A stretch of DNA of 64,000 nt from Podarcis tiliguerta (GCA_965153285.1 OZ229117.1), one strand, 5' to 3'. Shown: positions 40,250-52,563, numbered from the stretch's first letter. Numbers and translations: made by a program. Notes: generated by a model not told the origin, from the sequence alone.

Positions 40250-41700
40250 TCACTCACTCACATTGAGCCGCTCCCCCCACCCCGCTTCCCCCAGCCGGCT
40301 CCCAACCGACCCTTGGCATTGGACGTGACAGGACCAGAGTTGGGGGCTTCGCATGGAAGGCTACCCAGCCCCCAGGCCCACTCTGCCTTTCCTTTTGCGA
40401 CCTTTCTTTCAGTCCCGACCTGACTCCGCTTGTGCAGCCTCGGAGTGGGGCAGGCATGGGATCCGTCGGGGCTCGAGCGGGGCGGCGGCGCGTGGGTGGC
40501 ACCTCGGGAGGGGGGCAGGCCTGGTTCTGCTCCTTGCGCGCTCCTCCCCCGCCCCGTCGAGGCTGGGGTTGGGCTGGGCGCCTCCCTCCTCATCAAAAGC
40601 GCCGCGCCAAGCTGAGCAGGCGGGAGCGGCCGGGGGGAAGCCGCGGCACGGTGAGTCCGAGGTCCCTGGCCGGGGTGCGGGAGGGCGATGGCCGTCCATC
40701 ACTTGGCAAAGACACGTGACACACCCGATTCCCCGAGGCGCAGGAGCCGCATGTGCTGGTTCTGGCTGGTGGAGGGGGAAAGCGCTCTGCACATGCTCTG
40801 CGGTGGGCTCGCCTTCGCTCCAAAGCCAAACCTGGGGAGGGGAGGAGGACACTGTTCTCTGGACCAAGGTCTCAGCCTTTCAGGCTGGCCCTGGACAGGG
40901 ACAAGGCATTCTCATCTGCTTTCCCGCTTCGGGCTGAGCTGGGCTCCGGGGAGCCTCAGCCTCTCCTACAGGGCTTTCCGCCGCCCCGTCGGGCTTGCCT
41001 CCTGCGAGGCTCGGTTCGGGACCACCATCACCGCCCTCTCTGCCTTTGTCCGTAGAGGCGCCCCCCAAAATCCCGCCCGCCTGTTGCGAAAAGCCCATCT
41101 CTCTGCCGGGTCTGCCCGCTCCTGCCAGCCTGGTTCCGCTCCTCCGGAGACTGGGCGATGCAAATGAACCGTTTCGCTCTCTTTCCCCAAGACCGGGCAT
41201 GGTGGGGAAGAATAAGGGGCTTCCGCGGAGTCCAGGCTTGGCGGCACGGGGGAAAGAGGGTGCTATGGGGTTGCGCCCTGTACGCCCCCAGCCCAAACTT
41301 ATGGGGCTGCGAGTTCACCGGGACACCAGAGGCGCCCCGGGTGCATTTGCCCTCCTTGCTCTCATGCGCGCTCAGCAGGTCAGGCTGTGGAAGTGCAGGG
41401 CCGCTGCCTAGCCGGGCAGGATCAGGCGCGCTTTGCAGTGGCGGACACGAGGTTCTCGGAGTCGATCCCTGGAATTCTCCAATCGGGAGACCCCTGGCGA
41501 GGTTCCGTGGCAAGAAGGCGCAGCGACAGCCTGGCCCAGCGGCGCTCTCCTGCAGCCTCTTCCGCGCTCCTGGCGCCCTCCAAATGTTGCTGGACTACAA
41601 CTCCCAACAGCCCGCGGACCCAGCGTGGCCTGGCCTTAGGGATGATGAGAGTTGGAGTCAAAGAAGACCGGGCGGGCCACAGACTTCCCAGGCTCCCTGC
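40250..41700. promoter_or_regulatory. CpG island / HAS3 promoter with probable short non-coding first exon ending at 40650
   Basis: Abrupt CpG- and GC-rich segment; GC box CCCCGCCCC at 40547-40555; donor ACG|gtgagt at 40650/40651. The next acceptor of the gene is directly followed by the HAS3 ATG. Confidence 0.75.
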
Positions 41701-42466
41701 TGCATCCAGAGTATCAGAAGGGTGCACGTGTAGTACGTGCCAGGCAGATGTGGCTCTCCTGCCACTGCCATCAACTGCAAAAGCTTTTCATGCAGCCCTG
41801 GGCTGGGGGCAACTGAAAATGCCTGAGCCAGAGCAGCTGAGAGCAGAACTGTTTCCTACAGTGCTATAGTTTTGTTTGATTGCTTATTTGCATCCTTTGT
41901 TTGAAGTATTGTTCCACAGTTATTTTTATTGCTGTTTTTAGTGCACTAATTGTAAACCGCCCTGGGATCCTGCCAGATTAAAGGCTGGGTAAAAGCACAA
42001 CCCGTCAGGTGACCTCCGACTGTTGGCCATAGTGCTAATGCAGAAATGCTGCAGCATTGTTGTAGAGCACCTGCTTTGCATGCAGAAGGTCCCCGGTTCA
42101 CCTCCTGGCAGCATCTCCATGTGGACCTGGGAGTGCCCCTAGCCTCAAACCCTGGAGAGCCACTGCCAGTCAGAGTTGACAGTGCTGAACTAGATGGGTC
42201 AATAATTGCCCCACTCTGTACAGGACACCTTGCCTTTCTCTGTTCCTCTGAGTTGTAATGCAATAAGATCTGAAAAGCAGGGGCACCCCTCCAGAAGTTG
42301 TTAGGCTTCAACTCCAGTCACCACTGCTCATGCTGGCTGGGGCTGATGGGATTTGGAGCCCAACACCCTCTGAAGGGACACCGCTGCTGCCACCAAGGAG
42401 TCAGGGGGGCTCTTGCTTCTGTTTCTGTGGCCACAGTCTAACCGGGCCTCTCTGCCTCCTCTCCAG

Positions 42467-43087
42467 ATGCCAGTGAGGCTCTCCACAGCCCTGCGTGTTT
42501 TTGGGACCAGCCTCTTTGCCGTGGTGGTGCTGGGGGGCATCCTCGCTGCCTACGTCACAGGCTACCAGTTCATCCACACCGAGAAGCACTACCTCTCCTT
42601 TGGGCTCTATGGTGCCATCCTGGGCCTCCACCTCTTCATCCAGAGCCTCTTTGCCTTCCTGGAGCATCGGCAGATGCGCCTGGAGGGCCGGCCCCTGAAG
42701 CTGCGCTCCTCGGTGGCCCTCTGCATCGCCGCCTACCAGGAGGACCCCGACTACCTGCGCAAATGCCTGCGCTCCATCCAGCGCATCTCCTTCCCCAACC
42801 TCAAGGTCGTCATGGTGGTGGATGGCAACGGGGAGGACGATGTTTACATGCTGGACATCTTCAACGAGGTGATGGGCTCCGACCGGACAGGCTGCTACGT
42901 GTGGAAGAGCAACTTCCACGCCCGGGGGAAGGGCGAGTCGGAGGCTGGCCGCCGCAGGGCCATGCGCCACATCCAGAGCCTCGTCCGGCACAATACCTAT
43001 AGCTGCATCATGCAGAAGTGGGGCGGGAAGCGCGAGGTGATGTACACGGCCTTTTGTGCCCTTGGAGACTCTGTCGACTACGTGCAG
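42467..43087 (+). CDS. HAS3: HAS3 coding exon 1
   Basis: ctccag|ATG at the exon start, CAG|gtgagt donor, 621 nt. Confidence 0.96.
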
Positions 43088-45113
43088 GTGAGTGTTGGGG
43101 GGGGGCGGAGCCCTGCTCCTTGCCCTTGCTAGCCTGTTGTTGCTCTTCCTTCTCTGTGTTTTCCCATTCATGCTCATCCCACAACCCAGGCACTTGTCAG
43201 AAAGCAGAAAAAGGGAGGGGGGGAGTATTAGCCACATACAAAATGATTTGGAGAGATACCTGGGTCTGGGCTCCTTGGCCCCCATAGTAAACACAGCCCT
43301 AAATGGCAACTCTCTGTCTCCCTGCACCCTGATACATTGGTGCTGTGAGCTTAAGAGGGAAGCAGAGCTAGAATGAGCTGCTTCTTCACACTCTGGGGCC
43401 TGAACATGTAATCAGCCCCTCTTTGGAGCAGCTGGTTGCTTCTCCTTAGCTCAGTGGTAGAGCATCCGCCTTGAATGCACAAGGTTCCAAGTTCAATCCC
43501 TGGCATCTCCAGGGAGGGTGGGAGAGAGACCCCTGCCTGAAATCCTGGAGAGCCACTGCCAGTCAGTGTAGAGACAATATTGAGCAAGATGGACCAATAG
43601 TTTGACTCAGTATAAGACAGCTTTCTATGATCCTGAGTGGTAGAGCACCTGTTTTGCATGCTGAAGGTCCTGGGTTCACTCCCCAGTGACATTTCCAGCT
43701 TGGGAAGGATGGAAAGCTACTGTGGACAATACTGAGCTGGGTGGACAAATGGTCTGATTTGGTATAAGGCAGCATCCCCAGTTCCTTAAGCCCTTTGTAT
43801 AGAATCTTGAGGACTGGAATCTTGATTTATTTTTTAAGGAAAGGCCACAATCGAGTTGCAAAGCAGTGGATTAAATCCCCGGGTTCAATCCCCAGTATCT
43901 CCAGGTAGGGCTGGAAGAGACCCGTCTGAAACCATGGAAAGCTGCTGCTGATCAGTGCAGGCAACACTGAGCTAGATGGATCCAGGCAGCTTCCAATGTT
44001 CCTCCTGAGCTCATAACTCAGCCTCCATTCTGACAGCAGGAAAACAGTTCTTCTTTCACCCTGGTGTAAGCTCAGAGGCTTCTCCTCTGCTCCCTTCCAC
44101 TAATGCACTGTAGTTCTGAGCAGCAGGTGTAACAGAAAGGGATGGCAGAATGTAATTGAGGGTAGATATATATTGATATATTCCATATATACACACCCCT
44201 TTCTTTCATAATGGAACCCCAGCATGGTTCCCAAGCAATCTCTCATCCAAGTGCTGACCAGCCCCAGACCTGCATCACTTCAGCAATATGATGGCCTAAT
44301 GTGCCTTCAGCACCTTCTGGGGGACCTCCTTGCAAGCAGAAAACTGGCAGGCAAAGGAGAGAGGTGGTACCTCAGCCCTTTGCTAGGTGCTCTGCTTTTC
44401 AATTTACAGGAGGTTTTAACTTATGGAGGCATTCAAAACAGGACCTGGAGGTGAAAAGTGTTGCAGTCCATTCTTCCATTTCATCCTGCTGTCTGAATAG
44501 ACCAGCTCTGGGCTCCTTGCATAAGAGAGGAGGCAGATGCAGGGTATGCCCATACTGTATCTCTCATTTTGGGATTTGCTTCTGTTTTCTGCTTCCCTGC
44601 CCTCCAAAAATGCAGGATTCTTCAGCTGGGCCTGATCCCCCTTCTCTGGCCTGCATGGCTGCTGAACAGGTATCAGCTGCCCCCTCAATACGCTACCTTA
44701 TACAGTCAAGACGCCTGGTCCATCTAGTTCACTATTATCATACATGTCCAGGGTTTCAGGTAGGGGACCAGGAGATGCCCTTGGGGATTGAACCTTCTGC
44801 ATGCAAAGCAGGTGCTCTGTTACTAAGCTAAAGCCCTTCACCGTACATTCTCTTGGGTGCAGATGCCCTGTGATTCTTCTGCCTTCACCTGCTTGGGGAC
44901 CTTACAATGCCTGTTTGGCAATGGAGACCGGCTCCCTCTCTCGTCTGTACCTGGTGTGACATCCACCTCCCTGCCACGTTCGGTCTGTGTTCACATGAAG
45001 AAGTGTCCAGGAGAGTTTGTGTCACTTCTCTATCATTCACTTACACTTACACTTATTATTATCATTAGTTAAACTTGTTAATTGTCTTCTCAGGTACTAT
45101 GTGTATGTTTGTA

Positions 45114-45151
<38 letters not shown>

Positions 45152-46873
45152 CACATACACACACTCAATATGCACAGGCACAGAGATCTGAGTGCATTCC
45201 TCATTCTCCTCCCCTGGCCCTCCTCTCATTGGAGCTTCAGGAAAGTTGCAGTTCTCCTCCACCCTGCATGCAAAAGAGCCCTTTACTCCCTGGGAAGGTG
45301 TGGAGCAGGGTCCCCCAGGGCAACATGCAAAATTGTTCTGAAGGAGGTGGGGGCATGCTTTCCACTTGAAGGAAACGTCCATATGTACGCTTTCTCTCCC
45401 CATACAAACAGTGTAATATTTGTCAAAAAGAAGCTGCCATTTGTGTGAACATTCCTTAAGGGACGGGACAGACAAGGGTGTCCTGACAGGGTGTCTTTCT
45501 TTCCCTGGCAGGTGTGTGACTCTGACACAGTCCTCGATCCAGCCTGCACAGTGGAGATGCTGCGCATCATGGAGGAGGATCCTCGCGTCGGTGGAGTTGG
45601 CGGGGATGTCCAGGTGTGGACCTGAGAGCACATGGCCATGCAGAGTGTCTGGCTCAGATAATGCTCACGGGGATGGCTCCTTCGGGCAGCCTTCCCAGAG
45701 TTGATCCTCTTCCAGCTGTTTTGAACTACAACTCCCATCAGGCTCAGTGTCCTGCAGCTTGCTGGATGGGGTGCATGGAAGTAGTAGTCCAAAACAGCTG
45801 GAAGAGGAGGCCTTCTGTCCCTCAATAATTGGGGTCAGCCACAGCTTGATACGCATCTGTGGGTAAAGAAAACTGGTACAGGAGCCAACCTGTCCATTGG
45901 AGGGAGGGTTGTGGAGGGCCCATGATGCAGTGTTGCCTCTTTCCCCCAGATCCTGAACAAGTACGACTCGTGGATCTCCTTCCTGAGCAGTGTGCGCTAC
46001 TGGATGGCCTTCAACGTGGAGCGGGCCTGCCAGTCCTACTTTGGCTGTGTCCAGTGCATCAGCGGCCCCTTGGGCATGTACCGCAACGCCCTTCTGCAGC
46101 AGTTCCTGGAGGACTGGTACAACCAGACATTCCTGGGCAGCAAGTGCAGCTTCGGGGATGACCGCCACCTCACCAACCGGGTCCTGAGCCTGGGCTACCG
46201 GACTAAGTACACGGCCCGCTCCAAGTGCCTGACCGAGACGCCCACCAGGTACCTCCGCTGGCTCAACCAGCAGACGCGCTGGAGCAAGTCCTACTTCCGG
46301 GAGTGGCTCTACAACGCCCTCTGGTTCCACAAGCATCACCTGTGGATGACCTATGAGTCAGTGGTGACGGGCTTCTTCCCCTTCTTCCTCATCGCCACCG
46401 TCATCCAGCTCTTCTACCGCGGGCGCATCTGGAACATCCTCCTCTTCCTTCTGACGGTGCAGCTGGTGGGCGTCATCAAGGCCACCTACGCCTGCTTCCT
46501 GCGCGGCAACGTCGAGATGATCTTCATGTCCCTCTACTCCCTGCTGTACATGTCCAGCCTCCTGCCGGCCAAGATGTTCGCCATCGCCACCATCACCAAG
46601 TCCGGCTGGGGCACCTCCGGCCGCAAGACCATCGTGGTCAACTTCATCGGCCTCATCCCAGTCTCCGTCTGGGTGGCAGTGCTGCTGGGTGGGCTGGCCT
46701 ACACGGCCTACTACCAGGACCTCTTCACAGACACGGAACTGGTCTTCCTCATCTCGGGAGCCATCCTCTATGCCTGCTACTGGGTGGCGCTGCTCGCCCT
46801 TTACCTGGCAATCGTGGCCCGGCGCTGCAGCAAGCCCCAGGAGGAGTACAGCTTGGCGTTTGCGGAGGTGTGA
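42467..46873 (+). CDS. HAS3: Hyaluronan synthase 3 (GT2 family), 548 aa, complete
   Basis: Coding exons 42467-43087, 45512-45613, 45950-46873 (1647 nt). N-terminus [17 protein letters not shown] is HAS3-type. Motifs VVDGN, VCDSD, FGDDRHL and QQTRW are intact. C-terminus YSLAFAEV*. Lies between TANGO6 and CHTF8. Confidence 0.97.
45117..45164. repeat. (GT)n-ATAC-(AC)n microsatellite in HAS3 intron
   Basis: Read directly. Confidence 0.9.
45512..45613 (+). CDS. HAS3: HAS3 coding exon 2 ([10 protein letters not shown]...GGDVQ)
   Basis: ggcag|GTG acceptor, CAG|gtgtgg donor, 102 nt. Confidence 0.96.
45950..46873 (+). CDS. HAS3: HAS3 coding exon 3 (ILNKYDSW...AFAEV*)
   Basis: ccccag|ATC acceptor; TGA stop at 46871-46873. 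Confidence 0.96.
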   Translation: MLNKYDSWISFLSSVRYWMAFNVERACQSYFGCVQCISGPLGMYRNALLQQFLEDWYNQTFLGSKCSFGDDRHLTNRVLSLGYRTKYTARSKCLTETPTRYLRWLNQQTRWSKSYFREWLYNALWFHKHHLWMTYESVVTGFFPFFLIATVIQLFYRGRIWNILLFLLTVQLVGVIKATYACFLRGNVEMIFMSLYSLLYMSSLLPAKMFAIATITKSGWGTSGRKTIVVNFIGLIPVSVWVAVLLGGLAYTAYYQDLFTDTELVFLISGAILYACYWVALLALYLAIVARRCSKPQEEYSLAFAEV

Positions 46874-47956
46874 TGAGGATGAGGGTGGGGGCGGGGAGTG
46901 CAATAATGGCAAAGGACTGGCAGTGTTTCCCCACATAGTTGTGGGGCTTCAGGAGGGCTGGCCCCCCACCCTGCTCAGGACCTGATCCAGTTTTGAAATG
47001 TCCATCCCGTAAGCAAATTGGCAGATTCAGGAGTGCATCACTGGGGAAGGAAGCCGGAGCCTCACAGAATGGATCCTGCTCGGTGGGCTTCCGGATCCTG
47101 CCCCTGCAGAAAGCTCAACAGCTCCTGGGAAAAGTTTCCACCACCAGGTGTCCCTGTCGTTCTATGCAAATGACACTGCCTCTCCCCAGAATAGCACCAA
47201 TGTGGCAGGGACGATGGGGGTGCAGTTTTTACAGGGAGCAATAATAATCTCCTCGTAGAGATCTGTTAAAGAAGGGGCCCTTCTGTGCCCAGCGAAGAGA
47301 CCATCAATAGGTTTTTGATCTTCCCTAGGAAGAGCTTTAAGGAATTTGTCAGGGTTATTCTCTGTTCATGGGAGAAGCAAGTGGGACTTGAGCCACTGAC
47401 GTCAAGGGGTTGCTTTCTAGGCAGAGGCCCCACAGGAGGTGGGGTGACAGGGCAGAACATGTGCTCCTTCCAAGAGGGGCTCCCTTCTGCCTGTAATCAC
47501 TGCAGCTGCAGGACTGGAGGGAAATTTACTGAGAAGGAAAGGCTGGCAGTAGAAAAAACCATGTTTGGACCGTAGCGGGAACATGCTGTTGCCCAAATAA
47601 TACATCACATGACTAGGCTGCCCATTTCTAAACAAACACAAAATACTTGAAAGCTCCCTGATTGGCCCAATACAGCATGAGCCACAGCTACTGTGAATTC
47701 GATAAAACAGGTTGCAAACTGGATTGGTCAAATGTCTTCAGCTCCTTCTGGACTTTTAGAGGGTGGACCATCTATTGCTACCTCCCTCTTTAGTCCAGGA
47801 CTACGGATCATGCAAGTGGCCCTACAGATGCTGTAGGGACTCCCAGTTCCCTGACCAGTTATTGAACTCCAACTCCTGCCATCCCTGACATTGCTGGCTG
47901 GAGCTGGTATGAGCTGGGAGTCCAACAACATCTGCTTGGGGAAGGCTGCTGTAGAC

Positions 47957-48116
47957 CAGGTATCTTCAACCTTTTTGGACCTTTTCAGTCCCAGGTCCCA
48001 CTTTTAACCAAAGCATGCATGTAGAGATCTGTTGCTTAACCTTCCACAATATTTGCATGGGGGTAGTGCCCGACCAATCTTAGAGCAGGCCATGACCCAC
48101 CAGTTGAAGACCAGTG
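47957..48116. mobile_element. hAT MITE in the HAS3 3'UTR
   Basis: Ends CAGGTATCTTCAAC...GTTGAAGACCAGTG; TSD CTGTAGAC/TTCTAGAC (6/8). Confidence 0.65.
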
Positions 48117-49717
48117 TTCTAGACCATATTTGTTATGCTTGGGTAGGGGTGTTAAAATACTTTAATGCTGTGAACAGAGCTGCCTGTCTGGAGATCTTCC
48201 TTTGGACCAGCCTCTCTCTCTTGGCCTCTGCTTAGCCTGGGCCTCCTAACTTTCTGGTGCTTCTCCTACAGACTTCCTCTCCCCCTGGTGCTCTGCCAAC
48301 ATGGCCACGTTACACTTCCAACTCAGAGAAGGGGGAGAAACTGAGGACAGTGGTGCTGCTTTTGGGAGGCCACTGCCACCCAGTCTAAAAGCCATTTCTT
48401 GATTCACAATCTGCATCTCTGACCAGCCCTTAAAACTCATTCCAGTCTCTGGCAAGGAGGTGCCTGTGTTGAAAGGGAAGGGGGTGTGTGTCCCAGCTTC
48501 AGCTGGCAACAAGCTCTAGGCAGCTTTTATGCCAAACTCACATTGCTGAGATGGAAGTGCTCACCAGTGGTTCCTTGCCTGTTCCTAAGCTAGCAGGTCA
48601 GCATGGGAACAAAGTGCTTAGGCACTTGCTGTAGTAAATCCACTGTCATCTACATGCTTCCAGCATAGGCAAAGGCACAGATTTTCTGCAATTCCAGTCG
48701 TGCAGAATGAGGAGGTCTGAAAAATCTGAGATTCCCTCCTTTTTATGGCTAAAAGAAAACAAACCAAGTTTCCACAATTCGTATTTTTACAAAAACTTCT
48801 GAAAATATATAAGCAATATTTGCAAAACATCTCAGAGGTGTTTTGAGTAGGAATGCTTCTTTAGTAGCTTACTTGTATTATTCCTTTGGCCTCCACTCTG
48901 CTTCTTGAAAAAGGGGGTTCTAAATTCAACAGAGTTACAAAAGAGATGCCAAATAAGGCAGGCACATTTATGTTTAGACATATTTGTGTGGACCTTGATT
49001 TACAAAAAATTGTTTGCTTGGAAAAAATTAAGACAGGTTGCTGCTGAATTTGCTTAGAGCAGCTGTATTCCAAAGTTGGCTCTTTCTTGCTTCTCAAGAG
49101 AAGCACTAGAAGTCCCTGGATGCTGGAGACTGGCTGACATCGGCCACACAACGTCCCGGTCCCCACAGGCACTGTGAATCCAATTGGTCAACAAGGAGCA
49201 GAGTGAAGAAACTTTCTGATTAGAGCAGATGTATATTTATTACTACCTTTCACCTCCAAACGAAAGAGGGTGTTGTGTATATGCGTGTGTGTGCACCACA
49301 CATACACACACTGGAAAGGCTCCGACAACTTTTGTTTTCCTTGCTATGTAAGGGAGCTGAATAATCCCTGGGATGCAAAAGTAACTTGGATGCTTTTGCT
49401 CCAGATATGCTTTTGGGGGGTATGAGGGAGGTGGGCACACAGTCTTTTAGTGTATTGGATTTTTGTTTTTTCCAAATACAAAACTTGCCCATCAGCAATG
49501 AGGTTAGACACCTGATTTTTACAAAACCAAGCAACTTCTCAGGATTCCACAAGAGACTTCTGTACCGAAATAATATTCTGTGCTATGACCATGCCACCTC
49601 CTAGGAACAGAGGGCACCTGATCTATCTTTTGGCCTTGGTGCTGTTCAGGAGCCTTACCAGTGCCCATCTTCCTATACTCCTTTCTGCCTCAGGCCAGTA
49701 AGCTGAGTCTGACTTTG

Positions 49718-49719
<2 letters not shown>

Positions 49720-49746
<27 letters not shown>
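49720..49746 (+). repeat. (CTG)9 in the HAS3 3'UTR
   Basis: Read directly. Confidence 0.95.
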
Positions 49747-49748
<2 letters not shown>

Positions 49749-50955
49749 AGGGGTTCCACTGCCCCAATTCCAAGTTCTCTCTCTGCTGCTTTCTTTCTGC
49801 CCATCCCACACAATGCTATCCGAGGTTGTACCTAGAAATTCCTGCCTCTCCTGCCATGTTGCTTCATGTGAATTGACAGGAACAAGAAAAACAAGCCCCT
49901 AATATGAGACAGGGAAGCAGTGGGCAAAGGGCAGCTTGCTACTCCCATGGGCCCAGGTGGCTGGGAGGAAGACTAAAGTGGCATCAGTGCCGATTCTGTC
50001 CTGCCATCTCTGGAAGGCAGATGGAGTCTGCACCGCCATCTAAGAAAGCAATAATGGCTCTTGGGCTGCAAGCTCCCTTTATCTAGGCACAGACTAGTGA
50101 AGAACTTTCCTATGCTGGGGACTGACTGCATAAACAAAGCTGGGATAGATGTCTCCTTCCACTACTGCCACCAGAAAGGGCTGGTTCCCACCCTGCTTGC
50201 TCTGGATTCAGCATAACATCACACCCTAAGGGCTGCTTGCCTAGCTGTTTCCCAGGGGCCCCAACCAGCTTGAAAAAGAATGGTTCTAAGCAATTCTTTG
50301 GGTGGCTGGGGGAACGTATGGTACTCCTTGGCAAGAAAGAATGGCTGCTTTGCAGGCTAGGAGAGCTTTCAGCCCACACTAGAGCCTGCCTTTCAAAAGG
50401 CTGCCCTGTTGGGGGGAGCCATGTGAAACAGTAACTGCTTGCTCTGTAACCTGCCTAAGGCAGATGCCTCCCTGCAGAGAGCTGCCAAATCAAACTGTTG
50501 TATGGGCAGGGCTGAACAGCGTTGAGAGTGCATGAGTATCTGACAGCCTTTAAAGCCTGCTTCCAAGAAACACTGTGGCAAAAGATGGAGAGCTTCCTCA
50601 AGTCCCTCTTTCCAGCTGTGCATCCTTTCTAATTGCGAATGTCTGGAAATGCTTTCTGCCCGTGCTGTTCTCTGCGGCCTGCGCTGGTCCCAGGCATGAG
50701 AGTGGAGGGATGGGTGGGTAGGGTGCCGGGCTTGGCTCCCCCTCAATTCCCTGCTCTGGGCTGCTTCCCTTTTTCTATGTTACTCCGTTTGGGTTTCTCT
50801 TATTTAAAATGAAATTTGTAGAATTTTTTGTACTCTTTGGTAACAAACACTAGTTGATTGCTTAAAGTTATTTGTAAACTTATTTATTTTTTACCTGCAT
50901 TTTCATATTTTTTATAAAGGTTGTTTGGTTTTTTTTACTATGATGCATTTGTTAC

Positions 50956-50961
50956 AATAAA
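50956..50961 (+). terminator. Likely HAS3 polyadenylation signal (3'UTR ~4.1 kb)
   Basis: AATAAA at the end of a strongly U/AU-rich block (50800-50950) typical of distal 3'UTR ends. Confidence 0.65.
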
Positions 50962-51612
50962 AAATACCTTGCAAACAAGATGGTCTAGAGTATATTTGGG
51001 ACTTTTTCCTGCCCATCCCCTCCCTTCACCAATGTGCACACAATTTGAGTGGGGTGGGAGGAAGACACTGGCAGGGGCAAAGAACCAGGTCTAAGCTAGC
51101 TGAAATCTGCAGAAAATTTCAGCCTGATTTCCTATTTGCCAACAAGACCTCCCCAAAGAACTGGATTTCAATAGTCACCCCCTCCCCCAAAATGTCCTAG
51201 AGACAGAAAATAAAGGCAGATCAGAACCTAATCATCTCCTAGTGTCTGAAAAAGAGAACCTCATTTCTCAAAAGGCACTTTAGCAACAGCTGAGCTCCCC
51301 ACCCCGGGAACCCAAGAGGCAAAAAGCACAATGCTATGGTTTCCAAGAGTGCTGAGCTCCTTGAAGAATGGAATGAAGAACCCAGGGAGAACTAAGTGAC
51401 CAGCAGGGACCATAATGAGGCTTGAGTTTCTGCAGGAGATAACTGTAGAGAGTCATCAGTGCTGACTGGAACTGGTGGGAGTGTTAGTCCAGAAGACATC
51501 AGATTGGCAGAGGTCACCAGCCCTTGGGAGACGATCTAAGCAGAAACCCAGAGCAGAGTCCTCCATCCCTGGGATGAAGATTGGCTAATATTAATCGGGT
51601 GCCCCAGTAACT

Positions 51613-51618
51613 TTTATT
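51613..51618 (-). terminator. Likely CHTF8 polyadenylation signal
   Basis: TTTATT on + (AATAAA on -), ~370 nt after the stop. Confidence 0.6.
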
Positions 51619-51985
51619 TGTTCAGTGGTCTCTGGATTTTGGGGCAAGGGGCTGAGCACCTTAGCAAAGACACTGGGTTGAATCCCACAGCTGAGCTGTT
51701 CTTGGGGAAAGCACTGGCTATTTGAACACACTGTGCATGGATGCTGGATTCTCCCAGACACTGGCTTTAGTCCCAGGCCTCTTGAGATAAGGCAGTTCTC
51801 CCAAGGGCTGGGTTCACACAACAGATTGCATAACCTGGAACGAAAGGCACTGAATTCCAACAAGCTGGCTAAGTAGAAAGGATTTGTCCCTTTTGGCACA
51901 GTTCCTGGCACTCTGCAAGGAAGTAGGCAGACCTTCCTCCATGCGAACGAGGCACCAGTGTGCTTGGAGGTGGGCTGCAGCATCC

Positions 51986-52198
51986 TCACGCTTTCTTGGC
52001 CACATTGGTGATGATGGGCTTGGGGCGGGTTTTGAAGAGCAGCTTCTTCTTTATGAGGGCGGTGACTGAGTAGTGGCCTGGTCCCAAGCTCGACTCACCC
52101 CCAGCCACCGCTTGCTTGGTCAGGACGGCAAAGGGCTTCTCTAGACGCACAACTTTACCATACAGGATGTGGTGCCCCACAATGAGCACAGGGACTCC
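51986..52198 (-). CDS. CHTF8: CHTF8 terminal coding exon
   Basis: (ct)n-ag|GGA acceptor; TGA stop at 51988-51986. Confidence 0.94.
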   Translation of the reverse strand, partial: GVPVLIVGHHILYGKVVRLEKPFAVLTKQAVAGGESSLGPGHYSVTALIKKKLLFKTRPKPIITNVAKKA

Positions 52199-52563
52199 CT
52201 AGAGAGAGAGAGAGATAAGACAGTGGGGGCACTCAAGCCTTGCAGAGAGAGTGGTATGGAAGGAAGCCAGCCTCAACCAAGAACTCCCCCCACATCCGCA
52301 AGCACCTGGCTAGTCCCTCACCTCTTTGGTGTAATGCAGGTCCCCCAAGAGCCTCCCTGCTAGGCCAGCCCCAGATCGCGATTCCAGCTCGCCTTGGAGC
52401 TCCATCAGCACCCACTCCGCTAGACCTCCAACCCCATCCCTGCAAGGAAAAGACGAGGAAGGGAAGAGCTATTATAGGTCACGAAGTGTAGCAAAGAGAT
52501 CATTCCCGACCAACACCGCTAGAAGCCAGTGCAGACTCACCGGGACACGACCAGCTGCACCAT
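51986..52563 (-). CDS. CHTF8: Chromosome transmission fidelity protein 8 homolog (Ctf18-RFC subunit), 117 aa, complete
   Basis: Exons 52563-52541, 52439-52322, 52198-51986 (354 nt) encode [73 protein letters not shown]...[19 protein letters not shown] introns of 101 and 123 nt. Confidence 0.96.
52322..52439 (-). CDS. CHTF8: CHTF8 second coding exon
   Basis: ttgcag|G acceptor, GAG|gtgagg donor, 118 nt. Confidence 0.94.
52541..52563 (-). CDS. CHTF8: CHTF8 first coding exon, coding part (MVQLVVS); the exon begins at 52578
   Basis: ttgcag|AGGAACCGTGGGACG-ATG; CG|gtgagt donor. Confidence 0.92.

Noticed and set aside
40148-41869. Dense overlapping ORFs on both strands (also 52472-53499 and 33000-33950)
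   Set aside because: Stop-codon depletion in GC-rich or CpG-island sequence gives Pro/Gly/Arg/Ala-rich junk translations.
42401-43327. 308-aa antisense ORF over HAS3 exon 1 (also 45665-46339 and 46358-46936)
   Set aside because: Shadow ORFs caused by the high GC3 codon usage of HAS3. No recognisable domain or splice structure.
43445-43510. tRNA-Ala-like sequences (also 23868, 29248, 56255)
   Set aside because: Each continues into a shared SINE body and tail, lacks a proper acceptor stem, and is individually mutated. These are SINE heads, not tRNA genes.
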